Source: an uncultured cyanobacterium (GTDB lineage: Bacteria > Cyanobacteriota > Cyanobacteriia > PCC-6307 > Cyanobiaceae). Taken from it: a stretch of DNA of 64,000 nucleotides. This document shows, one piece after another, positions 1-9,072 of this stretch. The DNA lies in contig CAVXWZ010000011.1 in NCBI GenBank assembly GCA_963765575.1, forward strand, positions 128,001 through 192,000. Reading direction: 5' to 3'. The notes below the pieces were generated by a model that worked only from the letters and a program-made list of their open reading frames with translations, did no database searches and was not told the origin of the DNA. The translations under genes and the position numbers were made by a program. How positions within the stretch are numbered: the stretch's first letter is position 1; every line of letters starts with the position of its first letter.

Positions 1-1266
1 ACGCTGCTGCTCACCCCGGCGCTGCTGGTGCTGCTGGTGCTGCGCAGTTGCCGGGGGCGGGAGGAACCGCGGCGGCTCGGGGAGCGGCTCGGGGTGGCCA
101 GCCGGCGCCGACCCGCCGGGCCGCTCGTGTGGATCCATGCCGCCAGCGTGGGCGAGCTCACCAGCCTGGTGCCGTTGCTGGAGGCCCTGGCCACGAGCTG
201 CGCCGGAGCAGGTCGGGCGTCGCCGGCAGTGCTGGTCACCAGCGTCACCCGCACCGCGGCCCGCCTTGCCCCCAGCCTGCTGCCCGCCGGCGTGCTGCAC
301 CAGTACGTGCCGATCGACCACTGGCTGGCCATGGCCCTGTTCCGCCACCACTGGCGCCCCGATCTGGGGCTGCTGGCCGAGGCCGAGCTGTGGCCCGAGC
401 TGGTGCACGCCATGCCGGGGCCGCTGTTGATCAATGCCCGCGTCAGCGCCCGCTCCTACCGGCGCCACCGCCGGCTGCCCGGCTACAGCCGCTGGCTCTA
501 TGGCCGCTGCCGGGCCTGTTTCGCCCAGTCGGCTGCCGACGCGGAGCGTTTGCAGTGGCTGGGGGCGCCGCCGGCCCGGGCGCTGGGGTCCACCAAGTGG
601 GATGCGCCGCCGCTGCCGGTGCACGCCCCCAGCCTGGGGCGGTTGCGGCGGCTGTGGCCGCAGCGGCCCGTGCTGCTGCTTGCCAGCAGCCATGCCGGTG
701 AGGAGGCGTTGTTGCTCGCCGCCTGGCCAGCCATTTGCCGTCGCCTGGGGCCGCAGCGGCCGGCGCTGCTGCTGGCGCCGCGCCATCCGCAGCGGGCGGT
801 GCAGCTGCTGGAGCAGGTGCAGGCCTGCCTGCCGGCCGCCCAGCTCTGGAGTCGCCTGGACGCCTGGTCCCAGCTGGGGGCCGGGCCCGAGCCGGCGCTG
901 GATGCTGTGGTGGTCGATGCCCTGGGCCTGATGGGCAGTTGGATCGCCGCGGCCGCCGTGGTGGTGATGGGCGGCAGCTTCCGGGTCGGCGGCCGCGACC
1001 TGGGCGGTCACAATCCCCTCGAACCCGTGCGCGGCGGCCGGCCCGCGGTCTGCGGTCCGGACATGGCCAACTTCGCCGAGGTGAGCGAGCAGCTGCAGCG
1101 CTCCGGTTGGCTGGTCCGCTGCACCAGCGCGGCTGAGGCCTGGGAGGCGGCGAGCGCCTGGCTGCTCGAGCCGCCCCAGCCCGGTGCCCTGCCGGTCCTG
1201 CAGGGCCCTTCGGAGCTGATTGCCGCCACCATCATGGAGCGCCTGCCGGCGCCGCCCTGGCGCTGA
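1..1266 (+). CDS. kdtA: Kdo (3-deoxy-D-manno-octulosonic acid) transferase, 5'-truncated by the window edge
   Basis: Frame open from base 1; motifs WIHAASVGE, YVPID, EAELWP, INARVS, ASSHAGEE, LAPRHPQR, MGGSF, GGHNPLEP, GPDMANF typical of WaaA/KdtA (GT30). Confidence 0.93.
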   Translation, partial: TLLLTPALLVLLVLRSCRGREEPRRLGERLGVASRRRPAGPLVWIHAASVGELTSLVPLLEALATSCAGAGRASPAVLVTSVTRTAARLAPSLLPAGVLHQYVPIDHWLAMALFRHHWRPDLGLLAEAELWPELVHAMPGPLLINARVSARSYRRHRRLPGYSRWLYGRCRACFAQSAADAERLQWLGAPPARALGSTKWDAPPLPVHAPSLGRLRRLWPQRPVLLLASSHAGEEALLLAAWPAICRRLGPQRPALLLAPRHPQRAVQLLEQVQACLPAAQLWSRLDAWSQLGAGPEPALDAVVVDALGLMGSWIAAAAVVVMGGSFRVGGRDLGGHNPLEPVRGGRPAVCGPDMANFAEVSEQLQRSGWLVRCTSAAEAWEAASAWLLEPPQPGALPVLQGPSELIAATIMERLPAPPWR

Positions 1267-2327
1267 TGCTGCTGGCCACGCCCCGTTTCTGGTATCAGCC
1301 GCGGCCCAGCCCCCTGGCCAGGTTGCTGCGGCCCTGCGGCTGGCTCTACGGGCTGGCGGTGCACTACCACCGGGCCCGCAGCCGGGCCTGGCAGCCGCCG
1401 CTGCCGGTGGTCTCGGTGGGCAACATCACCCTGGGGGGCACTGGCAAGACGCCGCTGGTGCGCGCCCTGGCCGGGGAGCTCGTTGCCCGCGGCTGGCGGC
1501 CGGCGGTGCTCAGCCGCGGTTATGGCAGTGGCCGCCGTGAGCCCCTGCGGGTGGAGGCGCGGATGGATGCCGCGGCGGTGGGGGATGAGGCCCTGGAGCT
1601 GGTGCGCGCCCTGCCCGCCGTGCAGGTGTGGATCGGCGCCGACCGGGTCGCCTCCGCCCGCAGGGCCCTGGAAGCGGGCGCTGACCTGCTGCTGCTCGAT
1701 GACGGCCTTCAGCACTGGCGCCTGAGCCGCGACTGCGACGTGAGCGTGCTCGATGGGCAGCGCCGCCTCGGCAATGGCCTGCTCTTCCCCGCCGGTCCCC
1801 TGCGCGAGCCGGCCGCCGCCCTGGCACGGGCCGATCTGCTGGTGCTCAGCGGTGTTCAGCCCGACTGCGCCGCCGCCGCCACAGCCGCCGCCGCCACAAG
1901 CGCCACACCGGCAGGCCTGCCCTGGCCCAGTGGCCGTCCCTGGTTGTCGGTCCCGGCCCGGCTGGAGCTGCCTGGGGGCCTGCGCCAACGCCCCCTGTTG
2001 GCGTTCTGCGGCATCGGCCTGCCAGAGAAGTTCTTCGCCGCCCTGCGCCGCGAGGGCTGCCGGCTGGTGGGCTGCCAGGCCTTCCCCGACCACCATCCCT
2101 ATGCTCGCTCCGACGTGGAACGGTTGTTGACACTGGCCCGGTCGCAGCGCAATGCCACCCTGGTGACCACGGCGAAGGACTGGCAGAGACTCATGGCCGT
2201 GCTGGCACCTCACGAGCGTGCCGCTGTCGTGCCGGTGGAGTTGCGCCTCGATCCGCTGGCCGTGACCCAGCTCACCGATTCGGTGCTGGCCGTTGTGGCC
2301 AGCCGCGGCTGGGGCCAGCGTGGCTGA
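1266..2327 (+). CDS. lpxK: Tetraacyldisaccharide (lipid A) 4'-kinase
   Basis: VGNITLGGTGKTP P-loop, LSRGYG, VGDE, LLDDGLQH, PAGPLRE, FPDHH, VTTAKD; start overlaps the kdtA stop (TGATG). Confidence 0.95.
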   Translation: MLLATPRFWYQPRPSPLARLLRPCGWLYGLAVHYHRARSRAWQPPLPVVSVGNITLGGTGKTPLVRALAGELVARGWRPAVLSRGYGSGRREPLRVEARMDAAAVGDEALELVRALPAVQVWIGADRVASARRALEAGADLLLLDDGLQHWRLSRDCDVSVLDGQRRLGNGLLFPAGPLREPAAALARADLLVLSGVQPDCAAAATAAAATSATPAGLPWPSGRPWLSVPARLELPGGLRQRPLLAFCGIGLPEKFFAALRREGCRLVGCQAFPDHHPYARSDVERLLTLARSQRNATLVTTAKDWQRLMAVLAPHERAAVVPVELRLDPLAVTQLTDSVLAVVASRGWGQRG

Positions 2328-3447
2328 GGGGCGGGAACTGCTGCTGGTGGCCGGTGAGGCCTCTGGAGATCTGCACGGCGGAGCCCTGCTGCAGGCGCTC
2401 AGGCGCCTGGCCCCGGATCTGGCCGTGGCCGGGGTGGGCGGCGAGCGCCTGCGGGCCGCCGGCATGGACACGCTCGTTGATGTCAGCAGCCTGTCCGCCG
2501 CCGGCGTGGTGGAAATCCTCGGCAGCATCCGCCGCCATCACCGGGTGATGCGCCTGCTCAAGCAGCGCATGGACCGCCGGCGGCCCGCCGCAGTGGTGCT
2601 GATCGACTACCCCGGCTTCAACTTGTTTGTGGCCCGCGAGGCCCATCGCCGTGGCATCCCGGTGTTCTTCTACATCGCCCCCCAGGTGTGGGCCTGGGGG
2701 CGGGGCCGGGCCCGGCGCATGGCTGGCTTCATTGATCGCCTGGCGGTGATCTTCCCCTTCGAGGAGGGCCTGTTCAATGCCCATGGCCGCGCCTTCGCCA
2801 GCTACGTGGGCCATCCGATCCTCGATGAGATCGAGGTCACCGCCACGGCGGCCCAGACCCGCCGCCGCCATGGCCTGGATCCGCAGCGGCCCTTGCTGGC
2901 GCTGATGCCCGGCAGTCGCCGCAGTGAGATCCGCCTGCTGCTGCCCCCCCTGCTGGCCGCCGCCGAGCGGTTGCGCCGTCAGGGCTGGCAGGTGGTGCTG
3001 CTGCGCGCCTCCACCATTGATCCCACCGTGCTGGAGCGTGAGGCCGGCCTGCGGCCGCTGCCGCTGCCCTGCATCGCCGGCGACACCGTGAACCTGCTGC
3101 ATGCGGCCGATGCCGGCCTGGTGAGCTCCGGCACCGCCACCCTGCAGGCGGCGCTGCTGGGCTGCCCCCACGTGATCGTCTACCGCTTCAACTGGCTCAC
3201 CAACCTGCTGGGCCGGCTGGTCACCCGCCACCGGGTGCTGGGCCTGCCCAATGTGATCCTCGGCCGGATGGCCTTCCCGGAACTGCTGCAGGAGCGGGCC
3301 AACGCCGATGAACTGGTGGCCGCCCTGCAGGCGTTGCTGGTCGATCGCCCCGGGGTGGAGGCCGCCATCGCCGAGCTGCAGCGGCGCATGGGCCCCCCCG
3401 GCGCCTCCGCCCGCGCCGCCGAAGTCCTGCTGGAGCTGCTGCCATGA
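2320..3447 (+). CDS. lpxB: Lipid-A-disaccharide synthase
   Basis: VAGEASGDLHG, IDYPGFN, YIAPQVWAW, IFPFE, YVGHP, MPGSRRSE, SSGTATL, GLPNVI, PELLQ; probable GTG start at 2320 (track start 2293). Confidence 0.95.
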   Translation: MAEGRELLLVAGEASGDLHGGALLQALRRLAPDLAVAGVGGERLRAAGMDTLVDVSSLSAAGVVEILGSIRRHHRVMRLLKQRMDRRRPAAVVLIDYPGFNLFVAREAHRRGIPVFFYIAPQVWAWGRGRARRMAGFIDRLAVIFPFEEGLFNAHGRAFASYVGHPILDEIEVTATAAQTRRRHGLDPQRPLLALMPGSRRSEIRLLLPPLLAAAERLRRQGWQVVLLRASTIDPTVLEREAGLRPLPLPCIAGDTVNLLHAADAGLVSSGTATLQAALLGCPHVIVYRFNWLTNLLGRLVTRHRVLGLPNVILGRMAFPELLQERANADELVAALQALLVDRPGVEAAIAELQRRMGPPGASARAAEVLLELLP

Positions 3448-5270
3448 CGGGGTCTGCCATGAAGCGGGCCGCCACGCCACCCGCCAGCCCCGACGGGCCC
3501 ACCCCCGCCGGGTTCAGCTACCGCCGCCTGCTGGCCTACGGCCGCCGCTACCTCTGGCCCACCTACCTGCTGGCCTTCCTGTTCAACCTCGGCTACGGGG
3601 CCTCCACCGGGGTGGTGCCGCTGGTGATCCGCTACCTGTTCGACCAGGTGCTGCCCAGTGCCGATCGCAGCCGGCTTTACGCCGCGCCGCTGGCCATCCT
3701 GGTGGTGATCGGTCTGCGGGCCCTGTGCCAGTTCCTGGGGTCCTACCTCAGCGAAACGGTGGGCCAGGGGATCACGGCCGATCTGCGCGCCGATCTCGCC
3801 CGCCGGGTGATGGTGTTGCCCCAGGCCTACATCGATCGCGGCAGTTCCTCCGGCCTGATTTCGCGGGTGCTCAGCGACGTCACGCTGGTCAAGACCGGCC
3901 TCGTCGATGGGCTCACATCCCTGGCCAAGGACAGCCTCACCCTGCTGGTGCTGGTGCTGGTGGCGTTCTACCAGGACTGGCTGCTCTCCCTGGTGGCCTT
4001 CATCCTCTTCCCCCTCGGCGTCTGGCCGGTGCTGCGCTCTTCCCGCAAGGTGCGTCGCCACTCCAGCCGCGGCCAGTCGAGCCTTGCCCGCCTGGCATCG
4101 ATCCTGCAGGAGGCGCTGGTGGGCTCGCGGGTTGTCAAGGTGTTCGGCATGGAGGGCTACGAACTGGAGCGCTTCGAGCTGGAGAACCGCTCGGTGCTGC
4201 GCTCCGCCCTGCGCACCACCCGCGCCAAACTCGCCAACCAGCCCCTGATGGAGCTGCTGGGCGCGGTGGGCTTCAGTGCCGTGCTGATCTACGGCGGCGA
4301 GGCGGTGATCGCCGGCACCCGCACCACCGGCAGCTTTTTCGCCTTCCTCACCTCCCTCTACCTCTGCTACGCCCCGTTCAAGGGCCTCGCCAAGGCCAAT
4401 GCCGTGCTGCAGCAGGGAGTGGCGGCCGCCCGGGATGTGTTCGCCATCCTCGACACGCCACCCGATCCCGCCGACCCGCCCCAGCCACGGCCGCTGGTGC
4501 CGTTCGGGCGGGCGCTGCGGGCTGAGGCGGTGACCTTCGCCTACGACCAGGAGCCAGTGATCCGGGGTCTGGATCTGGAGATTCCCCGGGGCAGCACCGT
4601 GGCGCTGGTGGGGCCCAGCGGCGGCGGCAAGAGCACGATCATCGATCTCTTCTGCCGCTTCTATGACCCCAGCGACGGGCGCATCTGCATCGATGGCCTC
4701 GATCTGCGCGAGCTTTCGCTGGCCGCGCTGCGCTCCCAGATCTCGCTGGTGGATCAGAACACCTTTCTGTTCAACGACACCGTGGCCAACAACATCGCCT
4801 ACGGCCAGGGCTTTGGCTCCAGAGGCCCCCAGGCGGCGGGTCGTGAGGAGATTGTGGCGGCGGCACGGGCCGCCAATGCCCACGGCTTCATCGAGCAGCT
4901 GAGCGATGGCTACGACACCCTGATCGGCGAGAACGGCGCCATGCTCTCGGGGGGGCAGCGCCAGCGCATCGCCATTGCCCGGGCCCTGATCAAGAACGCC
5001 CCGATCCTGTTCCTCGACGAGGCCACCTCCGCCCTCGATTCCGCCTCGGAACAGGTGGTGCAGGAGGCCCTCGATCGCCTGATGGCCAACCGCACCACCC
5101 TGGTGGTGGCCCACCGGCTGTCGACGGTCGTCAATGCCGACCGCATCTGTGTGATCGCCGCCGGCCGGCTGGCCGAGTCGGGCCGCCACGGCGACCTGCT
5201 GGCTCGCGGCGGCATCTATGCCGGCCTAGTTTCGTCACAATTCGCAACCGCTGAAGCGATATCGCCCTGA
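3444..5270 (+). CDS. msbA: MsbA-like lipid A flippase (ABC transporter, fused TMD+NBD)
   Basis: Multi-TM N-terminal domain, Walker A GPSGGGKST, LSGGQRQRIAIARA, LDEATSALD; ATGA overlap with lpxB; operon context. Confidence 0.85.
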   Translation: MTGSAMKRAATPPASPDGPTPAGFSYRRLLAYGRRYLWPTYLLAFLFNLGYGASTGVVPLVIRYLFDQVLPSADRSRLYAAPLAILVVIGLRALCQFLGSYLSETVGQGITADLRADLARRVMVLPQAYIDRGSSSGLISRVLSDVTLVKTGLVDGLTSLAKDSLTLLVLVLVAFYQDWLLSLVAFILFPLGVWPVLRSSRKVRRHSSRGQSSLARLASILQEALVGSRVVKVFGMEGYELERFELENRSVLRSALRTTRAKLANQPLMELLGAVGFSAVLIYGGEAVIAGTRTTGSFFAFLTSLYLCYAPFKGLAKANAVLQQGVAAARDVFAILDTPPDPADPPQPRPLVPFGRALRAEAVTFAYDQEPVIRGLDLEIPRGSTVALVGPSGGGKSTIIDLFCRFYDPSDGRICIDGLDLRELSLAALRSQISLVDQNTFLFNDTVANNIAYGQGFGSRGPQAAGREEIVAAARAANAHGFIEQLSDGYDTLIGENGAMLSGGQRQRIAIARALIKNAPILFLDEATSALDSASEQVVQEALDRLMANRTTLVVAHRLSTVVNADRICVIAAGRLAESGRHGDLLARGGIYAGLVSSQFATAEAISP

Positions 5271-6838
5271 TGACCACTGCCCCCACCGCTCCGGCCCCCC
5301 AGTCGCCCGCCAGCTACGACCGCTCCGACTGGGCCAGCGCCTTCCGCAACGTGGTCAGCGAGCTCACGGCCGTGCCCCTCAGCGCGGCCCGGGGCAGCAT
5401 CCCGGACGAGCTCAGCGGCTGCCTCTATCGCAATGGTCCCGGTCGCCTGGAACGGGGCGGCCGCTGGGTGCATCACCCCTTCGACGGCGACGGCATGATC
5501 ACCGCCCTGCGCTTTGCCGATGGCCGGGCCCAGCTCAGCAACCGCTTCGTGCGCACCGACGGTTGGCAGGCCGAGGAAGAGGCCGGCCGCTTCGTGTACC
5601 GGGGGGTGTTCGGCACCCAGAAGCCTGGCGGTCTGCTGGCCAACGCCTTCGATCTGCGCCTCAAGAACATCGCCAACACCCATGTCGTCGGTCTGGGCGA
5701 CCAGCTGCTGGCCCTGTGGGAGGCGGCCGAACCCCACGCCCTCGACCCCCAGACCCTGGAAACCCGCGGCATCACCCTGCTGGACGGGGTGTTGAAGCCC
5801 GGGGAGGCCTTCAGTGCCCACCCCCGCTTCGATCCCGGCCACCACGGCGAACCCCGCATGGTCACCTTCGGCGTCAAGGCCGGCCCCACCAGCACCATCC
5901 GGCTGATGGAGTTCGCCGCCAGCGACCAGCCCGGTTCCAGCGATGCCGGTACCGATCCGGCCCCCGCCGAGGTGCGTGCCGGCCAGCTGCTGGCCGAGCG
6001 CCGTGACAGCTTCCGCGGCTTCGCCTTCCTGCACGACTTTGCGATCACCCCCCAGTGGGCGGTGTTCCTGCAGAACGCCATCGCCTTCAATCCCCTGCCC
6101 TATGTGCTCGGCCAGAAGGGGGCGGCCCAGTGCCTGGCCTCCAGGCCCGGCGAGGCCGGCCAGTTCTGGCTGGTGCCCCGACCCGGCACCGCCGCCGCCG
6201 AGCGCTATCCCCGCCCCCTGCAGGTGCGGGCCCCGGAGGGCTTCGTGTTCCACCACCTCAATGCCTTCGAAGACGCCGCCAGCGGCGAGCTGGTGGTGGA
6301 TTCGATCTATTACGCCGACTTCCCCTCCATCGGTCCGGGCACCGACTTCCAGGCGGTGGATTTCGAGAGCATTCCCGAGGGTCAGCTGTTGCGCTGCCGC
6401 ATCGATCTGGGCCGCGCCGAGAGCGAACCGGCCGACTGTGTGCGCCACGAATGGCTGGAGCAGCGCTGCTGTGAGTTCGCCACTGTCCACCCCGAGCGCC
6501 AGGGGCTGGAACCTCGCTTCGCCTGGATGGCGGTGGCCGAGCGGGAACGGGGCAATGACCCCCTGCAGGCGATCGAGAAGCTCGACCTGGTCAGCGGTGA
6601 GCGCCGGGTCTGGAGCGCCGGCCGCCGGGGCTTCGTGAGCGAGCCGGTGTTTGTGCCCCGGCCTGGCGGCGGTGCCGAGGACGACGGCTGGCTGCTGTGC
6701 GTGGTCTGGAACGGCGCCCGCTGCGCCAGTGATCTGGTGATCCTCAATGCCGCGGACATGGGCGAGCAGGCGGTGCTGGAGCTGCCCCTGGCGATTCCCC
6801 ATGGCCTGCACGGCAGCTGGGTGCCGGCGCAGACCTAA
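5270..6838 (+). CDS. Carotenoid oxygenase family protein (RPE65 / apocarotenoid oxygenase)
   Basis: LYRNGPG, HPFDGDGMI, KNIANT, FSAHP, FLHDFAIT, FVFHHLNAFE, SEPVFVP, GLHGSW (four Fe-binding His). Confidence 0.93.
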   Translation: MTTAPTAPAPQSPASYDRSDWASAFRNVVSELTAVPLSAARGSIPDELSGCLYRNGPGRLERGGRWVHHPFDGDGMITALRFADGRAQLSNRFVRTDGWQAEEEAGRFVYRGVFGTQKPGGLLANAFDLRLKNIANTHVVGLGDQLLALWEAAEPHALDPQTLETRGITLLDGVLKPGEAFSAHPRFDPGHHGEPRMVTFGVKAGPTSTIRLMEFAASDQPGSSDAGTDPAPAEVRAGQLLAERRDSFRGFAFLHDFAITPQWAVFLQNAIAFNPLPYVLGQKGAAQCLASRPGEAGQFWLVPRPGTAAAERYPRPLQVRAPEGFVFHHLNAFEDAASGELVVDSIYYADFPSIGPGTDFQAVDFESIPEGQLLRCRIDLGRAESEPADCVRHEWLEQRCCEFATVHPERQGLEPRFAWMAVAERERGNDPLQAIEKLDLVSGERRVWSAGRRGFVSEPVFVPRPGGGAEDDGWLLCVVWNGARCASDLVILNAADMGEQAVLELPLAIPHGLHGSWVPAQT

Positions 6839-7452
6839 GCCAGCAGCTGACGCAGCTGCGGTTCCAGGGCCGCCAGGGCCCGCCCCCGGTGGCTGATCCG
6901 GCCCTTCAGGGGGCTGTCCATCTCCGCGAAGCTCAGGCCCACCTCCGGCACGAAGAACACCGGGTCGTAGCCGAAGCCGCCCTGGCCCCGCGGCTGCTCG
7001 AGGATCGTGCCCGGGCAGACGCCCTCCACCTCCAGCCGCACCCGGCCGCTGGCATCGGCCACGGCCAGGGCGGCAGTGAAGTGGGCCTGCCGGCCCACCG
7101 TTGTGCCCGTGGCTGCTGCTGCGGCCTGGGCCTGGGCCAGCTCCCGCAGCAGGCGTTCGATGCGGGCCCCGTCATCGGCGGCGTAGCGCGCCGAGTGCAC
7201 CCCCGGCGCGCCGCCGAGGCCGTCCACGCTCAGCCCGGAGTCGTCGGCGAGCGCCCAGCAGCCGGTGGCCTGGGCCACGGCCACCGCCTTCAGGCGGGCG
7301 TTTTCGGCGAAGGTGGCACCGGTCTCCTCCACCGCCACACCGCTGGGCTGGGGCCGGATCGTCAGGCCGAGGGGGGCGAGCAGCCGGCTGAACTCGCGCA
7401 GCTTGCCGGCGTTGCCGCTGGCGATCACCAGGGTGGGGGAGGCGGTGGTCAT
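6835..7452 (-). CDS. rdgB: Non-canonical purine NTP pyrophosphatase (RdgB/HAM1)
   Basis: ASGNAGKLRE, EETGATFAENA, ADDSGL, PGVHSARY, GFGYDPVF, SHRGRA. Confidence 0.95.
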   Translation of the reverse strand: MTTASPTLVIASGNAGKLREFSRLLAPLGLTIRPQPSGVAVEETGATFAENARLKAVAVAQATGCWALADDSGLSVDGLGGAPGVHSARYAADDGARIERLLRELAQAQAAAAATGTTVGRQAHFTAALAVADASGRVRLEVEGVCPGTILEQPRGQGGFGYDPVFFVPEVGLSFAEMDSPLKGRISHRGRALAALEPQLRQLLA

Positions 7453-7497
7453 GGCGGCGGTCAGCTCAGGGCTTGCTGGCTCCAGGGGCTGGCCGAT

Positions 7498-8979
7498 TCA
7501 ACCGCCTTCGGCGAGCTCGCGCGCCCAGTGCAGCACGGCGGCCACCCGCTCGGCGCTGGGCGCCTCGCAATAGAGCCGCAGCAGCGGTTCGGTGCCGGAG
7601 AAGCGCAGCATCAGCCAGTGGCTGGGTCCCAGCCGCAGTTTCACCCCGTCGGTGCGGATCACGTCCTGCACCGGCTCCCCGGCCACCCGCTCCGGTGGGG
7701 CCTGGGCCAGCCGCTCCTCCAGGCGCCGGCGGGCCGCCATGTCGGCGAGCCGCAGGTCGAGGCGGTCGTAGCTGGCGGCACCACCGTGGGTTTGCTGGAG
7801 GGCATCAAGGCGCTGGCCCAGGGGCGTGCCGCCCTCCACCAGGGCCTCGATCAACAGCAGGGCGGCGAAGGGGGCATCGCGCTCGGGCAGGTGCATGCCG
7901 AAGCCCACGCCGCCGGATTCCTCGCCCCCCACCAGCACCTCACCGGTGAGCATCTCGGCGGCGATGTACTTGAAGCCCACGGGTTTCTCGAGCACCGGGC
8001 GGCCCAGGTCTTCAGCCACCCGCTGCATCAGGTCGGAGCCGCTCACGGTTTTGACCACCGTGCCCGGCAGCCCGCGGGCCCGGGCCAGGTGGTCGATGAA
8101 CAGGGGCATCAGCAGCTGGGTGCTGCAGAAGCGGCCCTGCTCGTCCACCGCCGCGATGCGATCCCCGTCGCCGTCGAAGACGATCCCCATCGCCGGCCGG
8201 CCGGCGGCGGTGCTGGCTTTCACCGCGGCGATCAGCTCCTGCAGGTAGGCGGCCAGGGGTTCGGGCGGATTGCCGCCGAACAGGGGGTCGCGCCCCGAGC
8301 GGATTTCCTGCAGCACGCCGCTGGCGAGGGCCGCCGGGCCGAGCAGGGCCGGCAGCACCCCCGCCGCCGAGCCATGCATCGGATCCACGATCACCGTGAG
8401 GCCCAGGCGCTCGAGCCCCGCCGCCAGGGGGGCGGGGTCGAGGCGGCCCCTGAGGCCGGCCACATAGCTGCCGAGGGCATCGAAGCGGTTTTCGGCGCCG
8501 GGGCTGGCCGGCGGGATCGGCACGCTGATGGCTCCGGCCGCCAGGCGCGTCTCGACCCGCTGGGTGAAGTCGCCCTCCACCGACCCGCCGAATGGGCCCT
8601 TGATCTTCAGGCCCAGCCACTCGGGTGGGTTGTGGCTGGCCGTGATCACCAGGGCGCCGAGGGCGCGTCGCTCCACCACCGCCCAGCTGGCGGCCGGCGT
8701 GGGCGTGGCGCTCTCGGCCAGCAGGGGTGAGAGGTTCACGCCCCGCACGGCGCTGCAGATCAGCTCAGCCAGTTCGGGGGCGAGGAAGCGGCGGTCGTAG
8801 CCGATCACCACCTCCCGGCTGTCCAGAGTGGCGGGGGCGGAGTAGGCGAGCTCGGCGGCCGCGGCCGCCGCCACCGGCAGCAGCCGTTCCACCGTGATGT
8901 CGACACCGAGGATGCCGCGCCAGCCATCGGTGCCGAACACGATCGGCCCCGGCGTCAGGGGCAGGGGGGCTGAAGCCAT
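7498..8979 (-). CDS. Phosphoglucomutase/phosphomannomutase family protein
   Basis: FGTDGWRG, ITASHNP, FDGDGDR, GGEESGG, RFSGTEPLLRLY; ATG at 8979 inside the longer track ORF. Confidence 0.93.
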   Translation of the reverse strand: MASAPLPLTPGPIVFGTDGWRGILGVDITVERLLPVAAAAAAELAYSAPATLDSREVVIGYDRRFLAPELAELICSAVRGVNLSPLLAESATPTPAASWAVVERRALGALVITASHNPPEWLGLKIKGPFGGSVEGDFTQRVETRLAAGAISVPIPPASPGAENRFDALGSYVAGLRGRLDPAPLAAGLERLGLTVIVDPMHGSAAGVLPALLGPAALASGVLQEIRSGRDPLFGGNPPEPLAAYLQELIAAVKASTAAGRPAMGIVFDGDGDRIAAVDEQGRFCSTQLLMPLFIDHLARARGLPGTVVKTVSGSDLMQRVAEDLGRPVLEKPVGFKYIAAEMLTGEVLVGGEESGGVGFGMHLPERDAPFAALLLIEALVEGGTPLGQRLDALQQTHGGAASYDRLDLRLADMAARRRLEERLAQAPPERVAGEPVQDVIRTDGVKLRLGPSHWLMLRFSGTEPLLRLYCEAPSAERVAAVLHWARELAEGG

Positions 8980-9072
8980 GGACAGCGGCGGCGGAACGCT
9001 CTGTGGTGGCCAGCATGCCCGAGCCAGGCCCCTCCGGCTGGGCTCGCCGCGGGGGCTGCCTAACGTGGCGCC

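Noticed and set aside
1860..7140. Ala/Pro-rich low-complexity insertions in LpxK, the carotenoid oxygenase and RdgB
   Set aside because: In-frame loop expansions common in high-GC picocyanobacterial proteins; too short for inteins and without splice motifs
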